In this document: positions 28,792 to 38,669 of the stretch, piece by piece
Position numbering within the stretch: position 1 is the stretch's first letter
Layout: every line of letters begins with the position of its first letter
Assembly (NCBI GenBank): GCA_037444405.1
Contig: JBBIML010000021.1
Location: 1-50,828, forward strand
Origin: Armatimonadota bacterium
GTDB taxonomy: Bacteria > Armatimonadota > Fimbriimonadia > Fimbriimonadales > GBS-DC
DNA: 50,828 nucleotides
Reading direction: 5' to 3'
Translations under genes and position numbers: made by a program
The notes under the pieces: generated by a model
Databases searched by the model: none
Seen by the model: the letters and a program-made list of their open reading frames with translations, nothing else
Told to the model about the DNA's origin: nothing

Positions 28792-30039
28792 TTATCCCTC
28801 CGCGCCGTTAGCGGGCGCCTGCAGCAGCGACTCGACGGCTTTTTTGAGCCGTTCAACATCCGCGCCCACAATCACTTCGCGCACGACGCCCTCTTTGTCA
28901 ATGATGAAGGTGGTCGGCACGCCATCCACTTTATACTGCTCCGCCACCTTATTGTCGGCGTCCACCAGCACGGGGAAGGTGAGCTTGAACTCCTTCGCGA
29001 ACTCCTGGGCGCGTTTGGTCGGGTTATCGTGCGCCCAGGTGGCGACGCCCAGCACCACCACGCCTTTGTCTTTGTACGCCTGCCAGATGTCCTTCTCCAG
29101 ATGGGGCGCTTCGGCACGGCAGGGACCGCACCAGTGCGCGAAGATGTTCAGCACCACCACCTTGCCTTTGTGGTCTGCGAGGCGCACGGCGTTCCCCTGC
29201 AGGTCGTTGAGCGTGAAATCGCCCGCCGGCTGACCCTTCAGCTTGCCCGCCTCGCCAGCAAGGTCGGGTACCTCAAAATTTTCCACCAGCTTGAACCCTT
29301 CTGGCAGTTTGTAGGCGAAGGCGTTCGGGTTAATCGGCGGGTTGACCTCCTGGCGCGTGATGACCTCGGTGTACCGCAGAGTGAGGCGGTTGCCCCCCTG
29401 CGAGGTGGTCATCAAAACCTCTGACTTCCAGAGAAGCCGATCCCTGACGCCAATCCAGAGAGTCTGGCTCATTTGCCCGCCCGGCAAAGGCGTTTCAGAA
29501 GAGGGCTTCAGGTTGACCCTGATTTTGTAGGTCTGTCGGTTGCCCACTCGCTCCCGTCCCAGCAGTTTTGGCGAGGATGCCATCTTGCGCCAGTCGCCGT
29601 GGATCAGCAGATAGAGCGCGTCTAGCCCCATCAGCATATAGCCTGCTCCAGATAGGGTTTGCGCGTCATAGATTTCGCTCAGGGTGCGGGGAGCGGGCTT
29701 GTGCATGGTCTGCTTGAGCCAGCCATTCTCGACATAGAGGGTCTTACCATCGCAGCGAATCCTGCCGGTGTTCATCGGTAGCTGCTGATCCTGCATCTGC
29801 GCTTCCATACGCACCATGTTGGGACGCATCGCCATCGTCAGTTGAGTCATGCGGCTGGTGAAGTTCATTTCGCCCATCACGCCATGCGAATTCATCGAGA
29901 CGGTCATGCGGCTTTCGACTCGCAGCGAGCGCATCTTCGCGTAGGTTCGAGCCGTCTGATCAAGAATCTGCGTCGCGTTCTGCGCAGACAGCCCCGTCAG
30001 GCTCAGCGTCAGTCCCATCAACCATGCAACGGTTCTCAT
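28792..30039 (-). CDS. Secreted TlpA-like redoxin with N-terminal LolA/DUF2092-like domain
   Basis: Signal peptide; C-terminal DFTL.DL.G, WCGPC, GVPTTFIID. Confidence 0.8.
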   Translation of the reverse strand: MRTVAWLMGLTLSLTGLSAQNATQILDQTARTYAKMRSLRVESRMTVSMNSHGVMGEMNFTSRMTQLTMAMRPNMVRMEAQMQDQQLPMNTGRIRCDGKTLYVENGWLKQTMHKPAPRTLSEIYDAQTLSGAGYMLMGLDALYLLIHGDWRKMASSPKLLGRERVGNRQTYKIRVNLKPSSETPLPGGQMSQTLWIGVRDRLLWKSEVLMTTSQGGNRLTLRYTEVITRQEVNPPINPNAFAYKLPEGFKLVENFEVPDLAGEAGKLKGQPAGDFTLNDLQGNAVRLADHKGKVVVLNIFAHWCGPCRAEAPHLEKDIWQAYKDKGVVVLGVATWAHDNPTKRAQEFAKEFKLTFPVLVDADNKVAEQYKVDGVPTTFIIDKEGVVREVIVGADVERLKKAVESLLQAPANGAEG

Positions 30040-30289
30040 CGTTGATCACCCCATTAACCTTTCACCTGTAGTTGCGCGAATCCTGCCTATGCCACTGCCT
30101 TCCGCAGGAACAGCTCCAGTTGCGGGAAGCCGATGATGTTCGCGCCTGTTTGCTGAAGTCAGCGCTCCACACAGTGTTCAGGTGGCAACATCGGGAACAC
30201 CACAGCTGCCCGTTGCATGCCGAGATTGAGCAGGCTCACCGTGCGCTGGATAGTACCCACAACCCCTTCTGCACCATCCGATATCGGTA

Positions 30290-30682
30290 TTGATACAAAA
30301 TGCGCAGCCGAAGGCTACACGCCCAGCCAGATGTATCCGCTTCGTAGACAATCAGGGTATCGTAAAGCTGCGGCAAGGGCAACGCTTACAGCTGCAACCT
30401 GTGCTGGCAGGACAGTATGTGCGCATCGAGTTCTTCATAGACGGGGCAGACCGACCTGGCATAGGGCGTGCGGTCTGGCGCGGGCGTGAAGAGATTGCCG
30501 TCGCCGAGTTCACGCACAGGCTTGGCGTCGGCTATAAGTCAGGGAAGTCGCTTGTGTGCGAGGTGCGCTACCGCGATTTCGCGCCAGAAGAAGCACCTCG
30601 CAATCAGGCGTATGACCCACTGGAGGTAGCGTATGGAGAAGCGAAACGGCTCTTCGGACCACGCCCCAAGCGAATCGAATGA
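30290..30682 (+). pseudogene. Possible C-terminal fragment of a transposase
   Basis: RFVDNQGIVKL..LAGQYVRIEF resembles DDE transposase C-terminal domains; no good start. Confidence 0.35.
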
Positions 30683-30869
30683 CGCGCTGCGAGATATTGT
30701 GTCGTATGCGCTTGACCTGTTGGGTGATATTGAGCGGTGCGTACAGGCGCAACCACTGGACGAGCGCGATTCGTTGACAATTCTGGAGGTGGTGGAGGAG
30801 GCGCAAGAGGCTCTGCTCGCCTACTATGAAGCGATACTGCAACGACTGGACACTTCGCGGCGGCTGTAA
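30633..30869 (+). CDS. Small acidic helical hypothetical protein (78 aa)
   Basis: GGAGGT RBS before ATG 30633; amphipathic helical sequence. Confidence 0.55.
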   Translation: MEKRNGSSDHAPSESNDALRDIVSYALDLLGDIERCVQAQPLDERDSLTILEVVEEAQEALLAYYEAILQRLDTSRRL

Positions 30870-30903
30870 AGGATAGTGTAAAGGAATTTATTGCAATTTA
30901 CAC

Positions 30904-32859
30904 TCAGGGCCACGGATAGTCGGGTGTTTCGACTCGGAACAGCAGGGCGAGCAGCGCCCACACAGCAGCGGAGAAGAACTCGCCGAAAATCATTCCGAGA
31001 AAGAAGGGGCGCACACGCCGATACATCGCCATCCCGCCATAGCGCAACAGCGGCGCCTTAATCAGCCATGCCACCAGCATCGAGAACCACAGCACCACCA
31101 CGCCCCAGCTCGCACTCATCGCGAAGCCGAGCGGATGGAATGGAAAGCCCACAAATACCGACCGCGCCCACGCCAGCGCCAGCGTGATCACAAACCCCAG
31201 CCCCAGAAACAGCGGGCGATAGGACGGAATGGGCGCGGTCTGACCACCCGTCATAAAGGGCGCATTCTCCCGAAAGAACTGCACGGGCGCATGCTGATAC
31301 ACATAGGGATAAAGATTGAGTGCGCCATACTGATATGGCAGCCAGAGCTGGAACGCGAACGCCACCACCACCGCCAGCACCACACCGCCCGCAATCGTTG
31401 CGAGCAGGGTGCGTCGGTTCAGGCGCACCTCCTCGCCCAGCTTCTGCGCATCCAAATAGCCCGTGAGGGTAATGCCGCGCAGATCGCGCGTGAACAGCCC
31501 ATCAACAAACGCCATCGCGGTCAGCGTGCGTGGGGAAAAGTTGGCATACCGCTCCAGAGTCACCACATCCATCGGGGTGAAGCAGCCTTCGGTGATGAGC
31601 AACCCACCTTCGGCTGTGCAACGCGCCATCACCAGCCCCTGTACGAACAGATAGATCGCGAACACCACCGCACCTGTCCACACGCTCATCCCCATGCGGA
31701 TGCAACAGACCACAATCACCAGAAAGGCGACCACCAGCCCCCAGAAGGCGACCCGATAGGGCATCAGCTCGCTGCCGCGCGGAGGCGGCGGCTCAGAGCC
31801 TATCACCACGCGCCCGATATAGCGCAGGTGATGGCGTGCCGAATAGAGAATGTAGAGCGCGACCGCAAAAAACGCGCCCGAACAGCTCCATTTCACGAAG
31901 CCTGCCGCCGCCGCATGCCGCGCCTCCGTCTCAAAACCGTTCAGCAAGCCCAGCATCTCCAGCCCCTTGCTCAACAGATAGAAGAACCAGAAGCTGAACA
32001 GCAGTTCGGTCGGGATCAGAAAGAAGAAGCCGACCGCCGCGAAGGAGAGATAGGCGCGAAAAAAGGTGAGCCTGTCCAGCGGCGGGTTCGTGAAATAGGT
32101 GTTAAGCGGGAGGCTGAGCGTGATTTCGGGGATGGTCGGGATGTTCTTGTGCAGACCGTTCAGCGTGAACACGAACAGGGGCACGAGCGCGCCGAACCAG
32201 AAAGCGCGATTGCCCAAAAACTCGCCCCCGCGCATCAGCTCCAGCGGCAACTGCACCAGCGGAAACGCCAGCCGCTCATTCTCCACCCACTGCTTGCGCA
32301 ACAGCACGCTGATGCACAAAAAGGCGAAGAAGACCGCGCCAATCAGCACCAGCCAGTTCAGCGTGGAGCCAAGCCACGCGCCCCACGGGATCGATTCACC
32401 GTGCGGCATGCGCTGATAGAACCAGCGCACCAGTGGCTCCGGCTGTGCCCGCTCCAGCGACCAGGGCACCATGAAGGGGTGCAGGTAGGGGAAATAGAGC
32501 GTGTCCCAGCGGTTGGCGTCCGCATAGTAGCTGAGAGCGACCTGGATGGGAATGAGCCGTTCCATCAGCCCGCGCGAGGCAAGCATCGCACCGAACAGCA
32601 TCATCACGAAGAGCGCCGCCAACTCCTGCGGACTGAACGCCCATTTCGGATTGAGCCGTGCCAGCCCGCGATTGAGCAGCACCAGCACGAACAATAGCGC
32701 CACCACCGCCGGCGGCAACTGCATCATGCCAATCTGAATGGTCTGCGCCACCAGCTCCGCCGACGCCACTATAACAGAGGTGAGCGCAACGAGCAGACCG
32801 CCTGCAATCAGCACGCGCCCGACGCGGAACCGAACTTCCGTACGGCTTTCCGCCTGCAT
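30904..32859 (-). CDS. DUF6785/DUF6784-like polytopic membrane protein (putative transporter)
   Basis: LRKQWVENERLAFPL, FPFHPLGFAM, LRYGG..YRRVRPFFLG; AAGGAGG before ATG 32859. Confidence 0.75.
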   Translation of the reverse strand: MQAESRTEVRFRVGRVLIAGGLLVALTSVIVASAELVAQTIQIGMMQLPPAVVALLFVLVLLNRGLARLNPKWAFSPQELAALFVMMLFGAMLASRGLMERLIPIQVALSYYADANRWDTLYFPYLHPFMVPWSLERAQPEPLVRWFYQRMPHGESIPWGAWLGSTLNWLVLIGAVFFAFLCISVLLRKQWVENERLAFPLVQLPLELMRGGEFLGNRAFWFGALVPLFVFTLNGLHKNIPTIPEITLSLPLNTYFTNPPLDRLTFFRAYLSFAAVGFFFLIPTELLFSFWFFYLLSKGLEMLGLLNGFETEARHAAAAGFVKWSCSGAFFAVALYILYSARHHLRYIGRVVIGSEPPPPRGSELMPYRVAFWGLVVAFLVIVVCCIRMGMSVWTGAVVFAIYLFVQGLVMARCTAEGGLLITEGCFTPMDVVTLERYANFSPRTLTAMAFVDGLFTRDLRGITLTGYLDAQKLGEEVRLNRRTLLATIAGGVVLAVVVAFAFQLWLPYQYGALNLYPYVYQHAPVQFFRENAPFMTGGQTAPIPSYRPLFLGLGFVITLALAWARSVFVGFPFHPLGFAMSASWGVVVLWFSMLVAWLIKAPLLRYGGMAMYRRVRPFFLGMIFGEFFSAAVWALLALLFRVETPDYPWP

Positions 32860-32923
32860 CCGCCTCCTTGCCTCTGCCTGCATCCAGCATGCGATTCGGG
32901 TTGAAGTCGCGCCCTCCTGTTCA

Positions 32924-33424
32924 CTACGCGCCTGTGTAGGGGCGGAACGCGCACAGCCACTGACCCTGACAGAGCGCTTCACCGCGCATGCCTTCACCCA
33001 CGCTCTGAAAGGTCTCCAGCGCGCATTCGTACTCCTCCTGCACGCCGCGACCGTGATCGAGGCGCACATAGTAGCGCAGGTTCTCGGGCGCGTAGTCGTA
33101 CCAGTAGGGGACTATATCGCCTGTGTGGATGTCCACCGCATAGCGGGCAACCACATACACATTGGGAAAGCTCCGCATTGGGGCGCGGTATCGGTTGCGA
33201 TTGAGCCACAGCCCGTAGCCAGCAACTGCGCCGATGAGCAATCCCCCCAGCAGTGCCAGCCCCAGCGCCCCACCGAACGCCAGCAGCAGGGGCGATTCGC
33301 CCGTGCCAAACAGCTGCGCCCCACCGGTCAAGCCCAGCACCACCGCGAGAAAGCCCCCCAGCGCCAGCAAAATGAACCCCAGCGCGACCAGCAGGCTCAT
33401 CCACTCCTGCATGCTTCGACGCAT
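32924..33424 (-). CDS. Hypothetical membrane protein (2 TM helices plus small beta domain)
   Basis: Two hydrophobic helices then a YYVRL...GEGMRG soluble segment. Confidence 0.6.
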   Translation of the reverse strand: MRRSMQEWMSLLVALGFILLALGGFLAVVLGLTGGAQLFGTGESPLLLAFGGALGLALLGGLLIGAVAGYGLWLNRNRYRAPMRSFPNVYVVARYAVDIHTGDIVPYWYDYAPENLRYYVRLDHGRGVQEEYECALETFQSVGEGMRGEALCQGQWLCAFRPYTGA

Positions 33425-33523
33425 CGTCCCATCACCCGTTTATCGATTCGCTGCCTGTTGCCACCTTTCCTGCCAGAAACTATCGCCACTCGCCATATGA
33501 CATTGGTTGCTTGACCTGACCAC

Positions 33524-33553
33524 TTGACTTGACTGAACCAGATTAGGTATAAT
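33524..33553 (+). promoter_or_regulatory. Sigma70-type promoter embedded in TGAC tandem repeats
   Basis: TTGACT (33524-33529), 18 bp, TATAAT (33548-33553). Confidence 0.6.
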
Positions 33554-33597
33554 GGAGGTGCAGGAGCCGTAGAGTGGCGCCCTGCGGAAGGAGGACA

Positions 33598-35757
33598 ATG
33601 ATGAACCGCTACTGGACAGGATGGATAGGTGCGTTGCTGATAGCAACGCTGTTGAGCGGATGTGGAGGAGGTGGCGGTGGCACCAGCGGAACCAACCAGA
33701 TGATGCTGGGTGGAACCGTGCTCGTGCCCGAAGGCACACCCCGTTCACGCAGCCTGGGCGGCTATGCGCTTGCCGATGCAACTGTCCGAGCCTATCTGAC
33801 CTCACAACCCGACACCCCGATTGCCGAAGCCAAGACCGATAGCAATGGGCGGTTCACCCTGCAGTTGCCTGCCAGCGCGGCACTCAAAGATGTGCTGCTG
33901 GTCGCTGAAAAGGGCACCGCGCCCAACAGGGTACGCGTGATGACCCTCGTGCCTGCAGTGGACCCGAATGGGCAGACGGGCATCACGCTGGATGCGGCGA
34001 CGACGCTGGCGACCGAAGAGGTTCTGCGCTACGCCCGCGAGCAGGGATTGAGCGCGCTCTCACCGAACGGCTTCGCCGAAATCGTTCATCAGGTGCGCCA
34101 GCGACTTGAGAGTCTGACCTCGCTTGACCTGCGTGTGGGCACCACCCTGCCCGAAGAGATTGGTAAGGGCATCCGCAACGAAAGCCTTGCGAACACTGTC
34201 CGCGAGGAGGTGAACACGCACAAAGATAACCTGCGCCCACCTCAGGGCGATGTGGCGACCGCTAAACGCATGATGCAAATGCTTCGCGACATGACTCAGG
34301 GCGTTAGCGGCACCGGTACCGACGAGTCACTGGAGTTGGATCTCGCGCTCAGCCAGCAGGAACGCCTTATCGAAGACGAGGTTCTGACCCCGCTGGATCG
34401 GTTCAAACGCTCGCTGGACTTCATGATTGAGGTAACAGGATTGGCGGAGGTGAACCGCGAGGACTACCGGATGCAGGACACACTGGTGGGGCAAGCGCCG
34501 GGCGCCTACGAGGAGCGTGCGGACACCCCCTACGCCCATCGTCTGGTGCCCACGGGCAATACCATCGGCAACACCTGGCAGGTCGTCTCCAGGATTCGCG
34601 AGCGGAATCGCACGCTGGTGCTGACGGTGCAGACTGAAAACGCGCTGACGGCGTTCGACTGGACGCCTGATGCGGGGCGAATCACCATCCAGGTGCGACG
34701 ACAGGGCGACGCTACCTTCCAACAGGATATGGTGCTTGCCGTTACCCAACGCGACAGCCAGAACCGCCCCACCCGAATCGAGGCGTCCATCACCATCCGC
34801 GACCCGCAACTGCGCGAACCTATTCAGTTCACAGGCACAGTTACGGGCACTCCTCGCGATGGCAACGATGGAATTTCCTTCTCCAGCCTGAGCTTCAACG
34901 GGAGCCTGACCAGCCAGTATGCGACGCTCAGCATCAGCACTCTGGGGCTGACTCGCAACACGAATGGCGACATCATCCGGGCGACGGCAGGTACGGTTCA
35001 GGTTCAGCTGCGCACCAGCAAACCCATGTCGCTCGCGATTCAGAATCTGGATACGCAGTGGGAGCCTGGTGTGGGACTGCCTTCACTGGTGAGGTTCTCA
35101 TCGCTCACGATGACGGGGATGAACCGCAGCCTGAGCATGAGCAACGCCGAGGTGGAGTTCTTCTATAGCGCGACTGAAGATCAGGCTGTACCCAAAAAGA
35201 TCACGGCGACCGTGAGCTACACCTCGCCTGTTGTGAAGTTCACCGGGAGCATCGAGGGCACATGGCAGAACCCAGAGCTGCCCTTCCCGCTGGATGAGCC
35301 ATATGATTTTATCCCTGTGAACCGCTTCCCGCGTGGGAGCCTCACTTTCAACGGGAGCATGGAGCCGGCGGTAGGGCGCCCTGCGAGCGTGGAGTTCACG
35401 CTGAACCTCGCGCCTACCGCAAACTCGCCGACGGCGACGCTGAACCTCACAGTGCAGTACGCCACCGAGTCGCTTTCGGGCACGGCGAGGGGCAACTTCA
35501 AGGTACAGAACGGCGCCATTAGCCGACACGAGTGGTTCAGCTCCACCGAAGCCAGCTTCACTCACCGCCCTTCCAACTTCGTTCTGACCCTGCGTCGGAC
35601 AAGTGACGGCTTGAGCGGTGATATCAAGAAGCCCGACAACACGACGGTGGCACAAATCGGCGAGGCGCGCAATCTGGGGCTGCCTGACCTGGGCGACACC
35701 CACATCGTCAAATACAACGACAACACCTTCGAGACGCTTGCCTTGCTGGCACCGTAG
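33598..35757 (+). CDS. Large lipoprotein with N-terminal carboxypeptidase-regulatory-like domain
   Basis: LLSGC lipobox plus poly-Gly; TDSNGRFTL motif; beta-rich C-terminus; AAGGAGG RBS. Confidence 0.75.
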   Translation: MMNRYWTGWIGALLIATLLSGCGGGGGGTSGTNQMMLGGTVLVPEGTPRSRSLGGYALADATVRAYLTSQPDTPIAEAKTDSNGRFTLQLPASAALKDVLLVAEKGTAPNRVRVMTLVPAVDPNGQTGITLDAATTLATEEVLRYAREQGLSALSPNGFAEIVHQVRQRLESLTSLDLRVGTTLPEEIGKGIRNESLANTVREEVNTHKDNLRPPQGDVATAKRMMQMLRDMTQGVSGTGTDESLELDLALSQQERLIEDEVLTPLDRFKRSLDFMIEVTGLAEVNREDYRMQDTLVGQAPGAYEERADTPYAHRLVPTGNTIGNTWQVVSRIRERNRTLVLTVQTENALTAFDWTPDAGRITIQVRRQGDATFQQDMVLAVTQRDSQNRPTRIEASITIRDPQLREPIQFTGTVTGTPRDGNDGISFSSLSFNGSLTSQYATLSISTLGLTRNTNGDIIRATAGTVQVQLRTSKPMSLAIQNLDTQWEPGVGLPSLVRFSSLTMTGMNRSLSMSNAEVEFFYSATEDQAVPKKITATVSYTSPVVKFTGSIEGTWQNPELPFPLDEPYDFIPVNRFPRGSLTFNGSMEPAVGRPASVEFTLNLAPTANSPTATLNLTVQYATESLSGTARGNFKVQNGAISRHEWFSSTEASFTHRPSNFVLTLRRTSDGLSGDIKKPDNTTVAQIGEARNLGLPDLGDTHIVKYNDNTFETLALLAP

Positions 35758-35765
35758 GAGCAACT

Positions 35766-36869
35766 GTGAAACTACCGGGCACTCCCCTGTGCCTTACAGC
35801 ACTGGGCGGTCTCCTGCTCTTTGGGCAGGGGACTGCCCAGCCTGTTTACATCGCACCGCTGCAAAGTGTGCCAGAGATTCTGGAGGTGTTCGAACCGCTT
35901 CCTGAGTCGCGCTGGCGCCTGCGCCTGATGCTTCATGCACGAACGAATGTCGTGCCTCTGCTCCAGCCCGATCCGCCCGCAGGCGCATTGTATCGGGAGC
36001 CTTTCGCGTATTATGACCAGTACCGGGTTGCCGAGCTGCGGTACGAGCGGGGCGCGTGGCGCTTTGGCTACCGCTATGAGATCGCCGATCGCTACAGCGG
36101 CAATCACGCCGCAGCGCAGCTCTATCTGGAAGCCGTTGCGGGACGGCTGAACCCAACAACCGCGGGGCAGGTGCAGGTCTCGATGAACCGCACCGCTCTC
36201 AACCGCTGGTGGTTCGATTACACAGGCGACTTTCGCTTGCCGTCGGTGGAAATACGCTATCGGGTGGGGCTTTCATGGGCGACCGTTCGGCGTCTCCAGC
36301 AGGGACTGCTGACAGGGCAGAAAGAGGGCGTTGTGTTCCGGGGCGATATGTGGCTCCACTCCACAGCGGGCGTGCCTACCGATGAACGGGATGGCTCGCT
36401 CTGGGCAGTGCATACAGAGATCGCGCTCCGCTCCAGGAGCGGCTGGAGCCTGTTCGTGCGCGGCGAAAACCTCGCCAGCACGGTTGATGTTCGCAGGGCG
36501 CAACGCATTCAGGCACACATCGTCGCCAACCAGTTCGAACCCGACGCCGACGGCTTCCTGCACGCGACACCCGCAATAGAGGGACGGGTCGAACCGGTGC
36601 GCCTGTCGCGCCGCTTGCAACCCCTCTATCAGTTTGGGCTTGCCCTGCACACCACACGCCCCAACTTCGCCCTGCTCGCTCAGCATCAGTTCGACTGGCG
36701 CTACGGCATCGCCAGCATTTATCGCGAAGGCTGGCTCATGCTCTGGATGCCCCAACCCGCTATCGAGATTGGCTGGCGAACCGATCGATTCACGCTCGTG
36801 GTGCGCATGGAGCATCTCCTGCCCGCACGCAATCGCCAGCTCTCCCTCGAAATCAGCCAGCAACTGTAA
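35766..36869 (+). CDS. Hypothetical secreted protein, possible outer-membrane beta-barrel
   Basis: Signal peptide; alternating aromatic/hydrophobic beta-strand pattern; AGGAG RBS overlapping the upstream stop. Confidence 0.55.
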   Translation: MKLPGTPLCLTALGGLLLFGQGTAQPVYIAPLQSVPEILEVFEPLPESRWRLRLMLHARTNVVPLLQPDPPAGALYREPFAYYDQYRVAELRYERGAWRFGYRYEIADRYSGNHAAAQLYLEAVAGRLNPTTAGQVQVSMNRTALNRWWFDYTGDFRLPSVEIRYRVGLSWATVRRLQQGLLTGQKEGVVFRGDMWLHSTAGVPTDERDGSLWAVHTEIALRSRSGWSLFVRGENLASTVDVRRAQRIQAHIVANQFEPDADGFLHATPAIEGRVEPVRLSRRLQPLYQFGLALHTTRPNFALLAQHQFDWRYGIASIYREGWLMLWMPQPAIEIGWRTDRFTLVVRMEHLLPARNRQLSLEISQQL

Positions 36870-36958
36870 AGATGCCTGCACATGCTATACTTCTGCATCA
36901 GGCAGGCGCGGCTACAGCCTGCCGAAACAGACTGCAGAACAACCGTGGAGGGTAAAAG

Positions 36959-38596
36959 TTGGCGATAGAAATCATTCCGCTGGGTGGCGCGGGCGAAATC
37001 GGCAAGAATCTCAATCTGGTTCGCTATAACGGGCAGGTCGTGATAGTGGATTGCGGGATCGCCTTTCCGGGCGAAGACCTGCCCGGTGTCGATCTGGTGA
37101 TGCCCGACCCAACCTATCTCTACAGCTGTCGGGACGAGGTGCAGGGCATCCTGCTCACGCACGGGCACGAAGACCATGTGGGCGCACTGCCCTATATCCT
37201 GCCGAACCTGCCTGTGCCGGTGTATGGCACACGCCTAACGCTCGCGCTGGTGGAGGGCAAACTGCGCGAGCGGCGCATCCGCGCCGACCTGCGCCTCATC
37301 CAGCCAGGCGAACGGTTCCCCATCGGCGATCTGGAGGTGGAGGTGATCCGCGTTACGCACAGCATCCCCGATTCGGTCGCCTTCGCCCTGCACACTCCCG
37401 AAGGCGCGATCGTGTTCACGGGCGATTTCAAGTTCGATCACACCCCTGTCGATGGTCAGCGCACCGATTTCAACCAGCTGGCGCGAGTGGGCGAGCACGG
37501 CGTGCTGCTGCTTCTGAGCGACTGTACCAATGTGGAGCGACCAGGCTGGGGCGAATCGGAGAGCAGGGTGAGCGACGCGCTCTATACGCTCTTCGCGCAG
37601 GCGACGGGGCGTATTCTCATCACCACCTTCGCTTCCAACATCCATCGTATTCAGCAGGCGTTCGATATGGCGACGCTCTATGGGCGCAAGGTGGCGATTC
37701 TCGGACGGCGCATGGAGCAGAATGTGGAGATCGCGCTCCAGCACGGTTACCTGCAGGTGGAGCCAGACCTGCTCATTAATGCCCGCCAGATCGACGACTA
37801 TCCCGACGACCGCCTGCTGGTGCTGACCACGGGCAGTCAGGGCGAGCCGCTCTCCGCGCTCAGCCAGATCGCTGCCGACGAGTACCCGCGCCTCAAGATC
37901 CGCCCGGGCGATATGGTGATTCTGTCGGCAACGCCCATCCCCGGCAACGAGAGCCTCGTGTGGCGCACGGTGAACCGCCTGGTGCGGCTGGGCGCGCGCG
38001 TGGTGCATGAGAAGATTGCACCCGTGCATGTGTCCGGGCACGCCTGTCAGGAAGAACTCAAACTCATGCTGAGCCTGCTCAAGCCGCGCTACCTCGCGCC
38101 CATTCACGGCGAACCACGCCATCAGGCGCTCTATCTGGAGCTGGCGCGTCAGATGGGCTATTCCGATGACCAGCTCTTTCTGCTGGAGAACGGCTCCGTG
38201 CTGCGCATCGAGAACGGCGTCGCGTCGCTGGGCGAGCCAGTGCCCGCTGGACGCTACCTCATCGAAGAGGGTGTGGAAGGCGTGCCAGAAGAGGTGATTC
38301 ACGACCGCCGCCAGATCGCCCGCGAGGGCATGCTGATTGCCATCCTTACCATCCGCGCCCAGACAGGCGACCTCGTCGATGATCCACAGCTCATCCCGCG
38401 CGGCTTCGAATGGCTCAACGAGGTTCAGCCCGAACTGGCGCGCGAAGCCGTGCGCGACGCGCTGGGCAAAATGTTGCCCGCCGAACTCAACGACCAGGAC
38501 AATGTGCGCGAAGAGGTGAGCATGGTACTTCGCCGATTCTGCCGCAAGCACCTCAACCGCCGCCCGCTCATCCTGCCGATTGTCACGGAGGTATAG
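36959..38596 (+). CDS. rnj: Ribonuclease J
   Basis: PLGGAGEIGKN, THGHEDH, TGDFK, TTGSQGEP, HVSGH, PIHGE; TTG start with GGAGG. Confidence 0.96.
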   Translation: MAIEIIPLGGAGEIGKNLNLVRYNGQVVIVDCGIAFPGEDLPGVDLVMPDPTYLYSCRDEVQGILLTHGHEDHVGALPYILPNLPVPVYGTRLTLALVEGKLRERRIRADLRLIQPGERFPIGDLEVEVIRVTHSIPDSVAFALHTPEGAIVFTGDFKFDHTPVDGQRTDFNQLARVGEHGVLLLLSDCTNVERPGWGESESRVSDALYTLFAQATGRILITTFASNIHRIQQAFDMATLYGRKVAILGRRMEQNVEIALQHGYLQVEPDLLINARQIDDYPDDRLLVLTTGSQGEPLSALSQIAADEYPRLKIRPGDMVILSATPIPGNESLVWRTVNRLVRLGARVVHEKIAPVHVSGHACQEELKLMLSLLKPRYLAPIHGEPRHQALYLELARQMGYSDDQLFLLENGSVLRIENGVASLGEPVPAGRYLIEEGVEGVPEEVIHDRRQIAREGMLIAILTIRAQTGDLVDDPQLIPRGFEWLNEVQPELAREAVRDALGKMLPAELNDQDNVREEVSMVLRRFCRKHLNRRPLILPIVTEV

Positions 38597-38623
38597 TAGG
38601 GGCGAGGCATGCCTCGCCCCTAC
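38596..38623. repeat. Perfect 28-bp GTAG-type palindrome (REP-like)
   Basis: GTAGGGGCGAGGCATGCCTCGCCCCTAC is its own reverse complement. Confidence 0.75.
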
Positions 38624-38630
38624 CCGCCTG

Positions 38631-38669
38631 TGGCTGAAAATCCGCCATCAAGTGGTGGATTTTCAGCCA
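38631..38669. repeat. Second hairpin downstream of rnj (terminator or REP-like)
   Basis: TGGCTGAAAATCC ... GGATTTTCAGCCA 13-bp inverted repeat. Confidence 0.6.

Larger units (their letters stand above)
30067..30902 (+). mobile_element. Probable decayed IS481-like/DDE element remnant
   Basis: 26-bp TGT-N20-ACA end at 30877-30902 and a weakly similar TGT end at 30067; broken ORFs with AEIEQAHRAL (integrase-core-like) and CIRFVDNQGIVKL (transposase C-terminal-like). Confidence 0.4.

Noticed and set aside
31135..32697. Long antisense and alternative-frame ORFs (e.g. 31135-32697, 38893-40284, 37235-38551, 20904-22199, 19576-20907)
   Set aside because: They overlap well-supported genes and lack recognisable motifs; such shadow ORFs are expected in high-GC DNA
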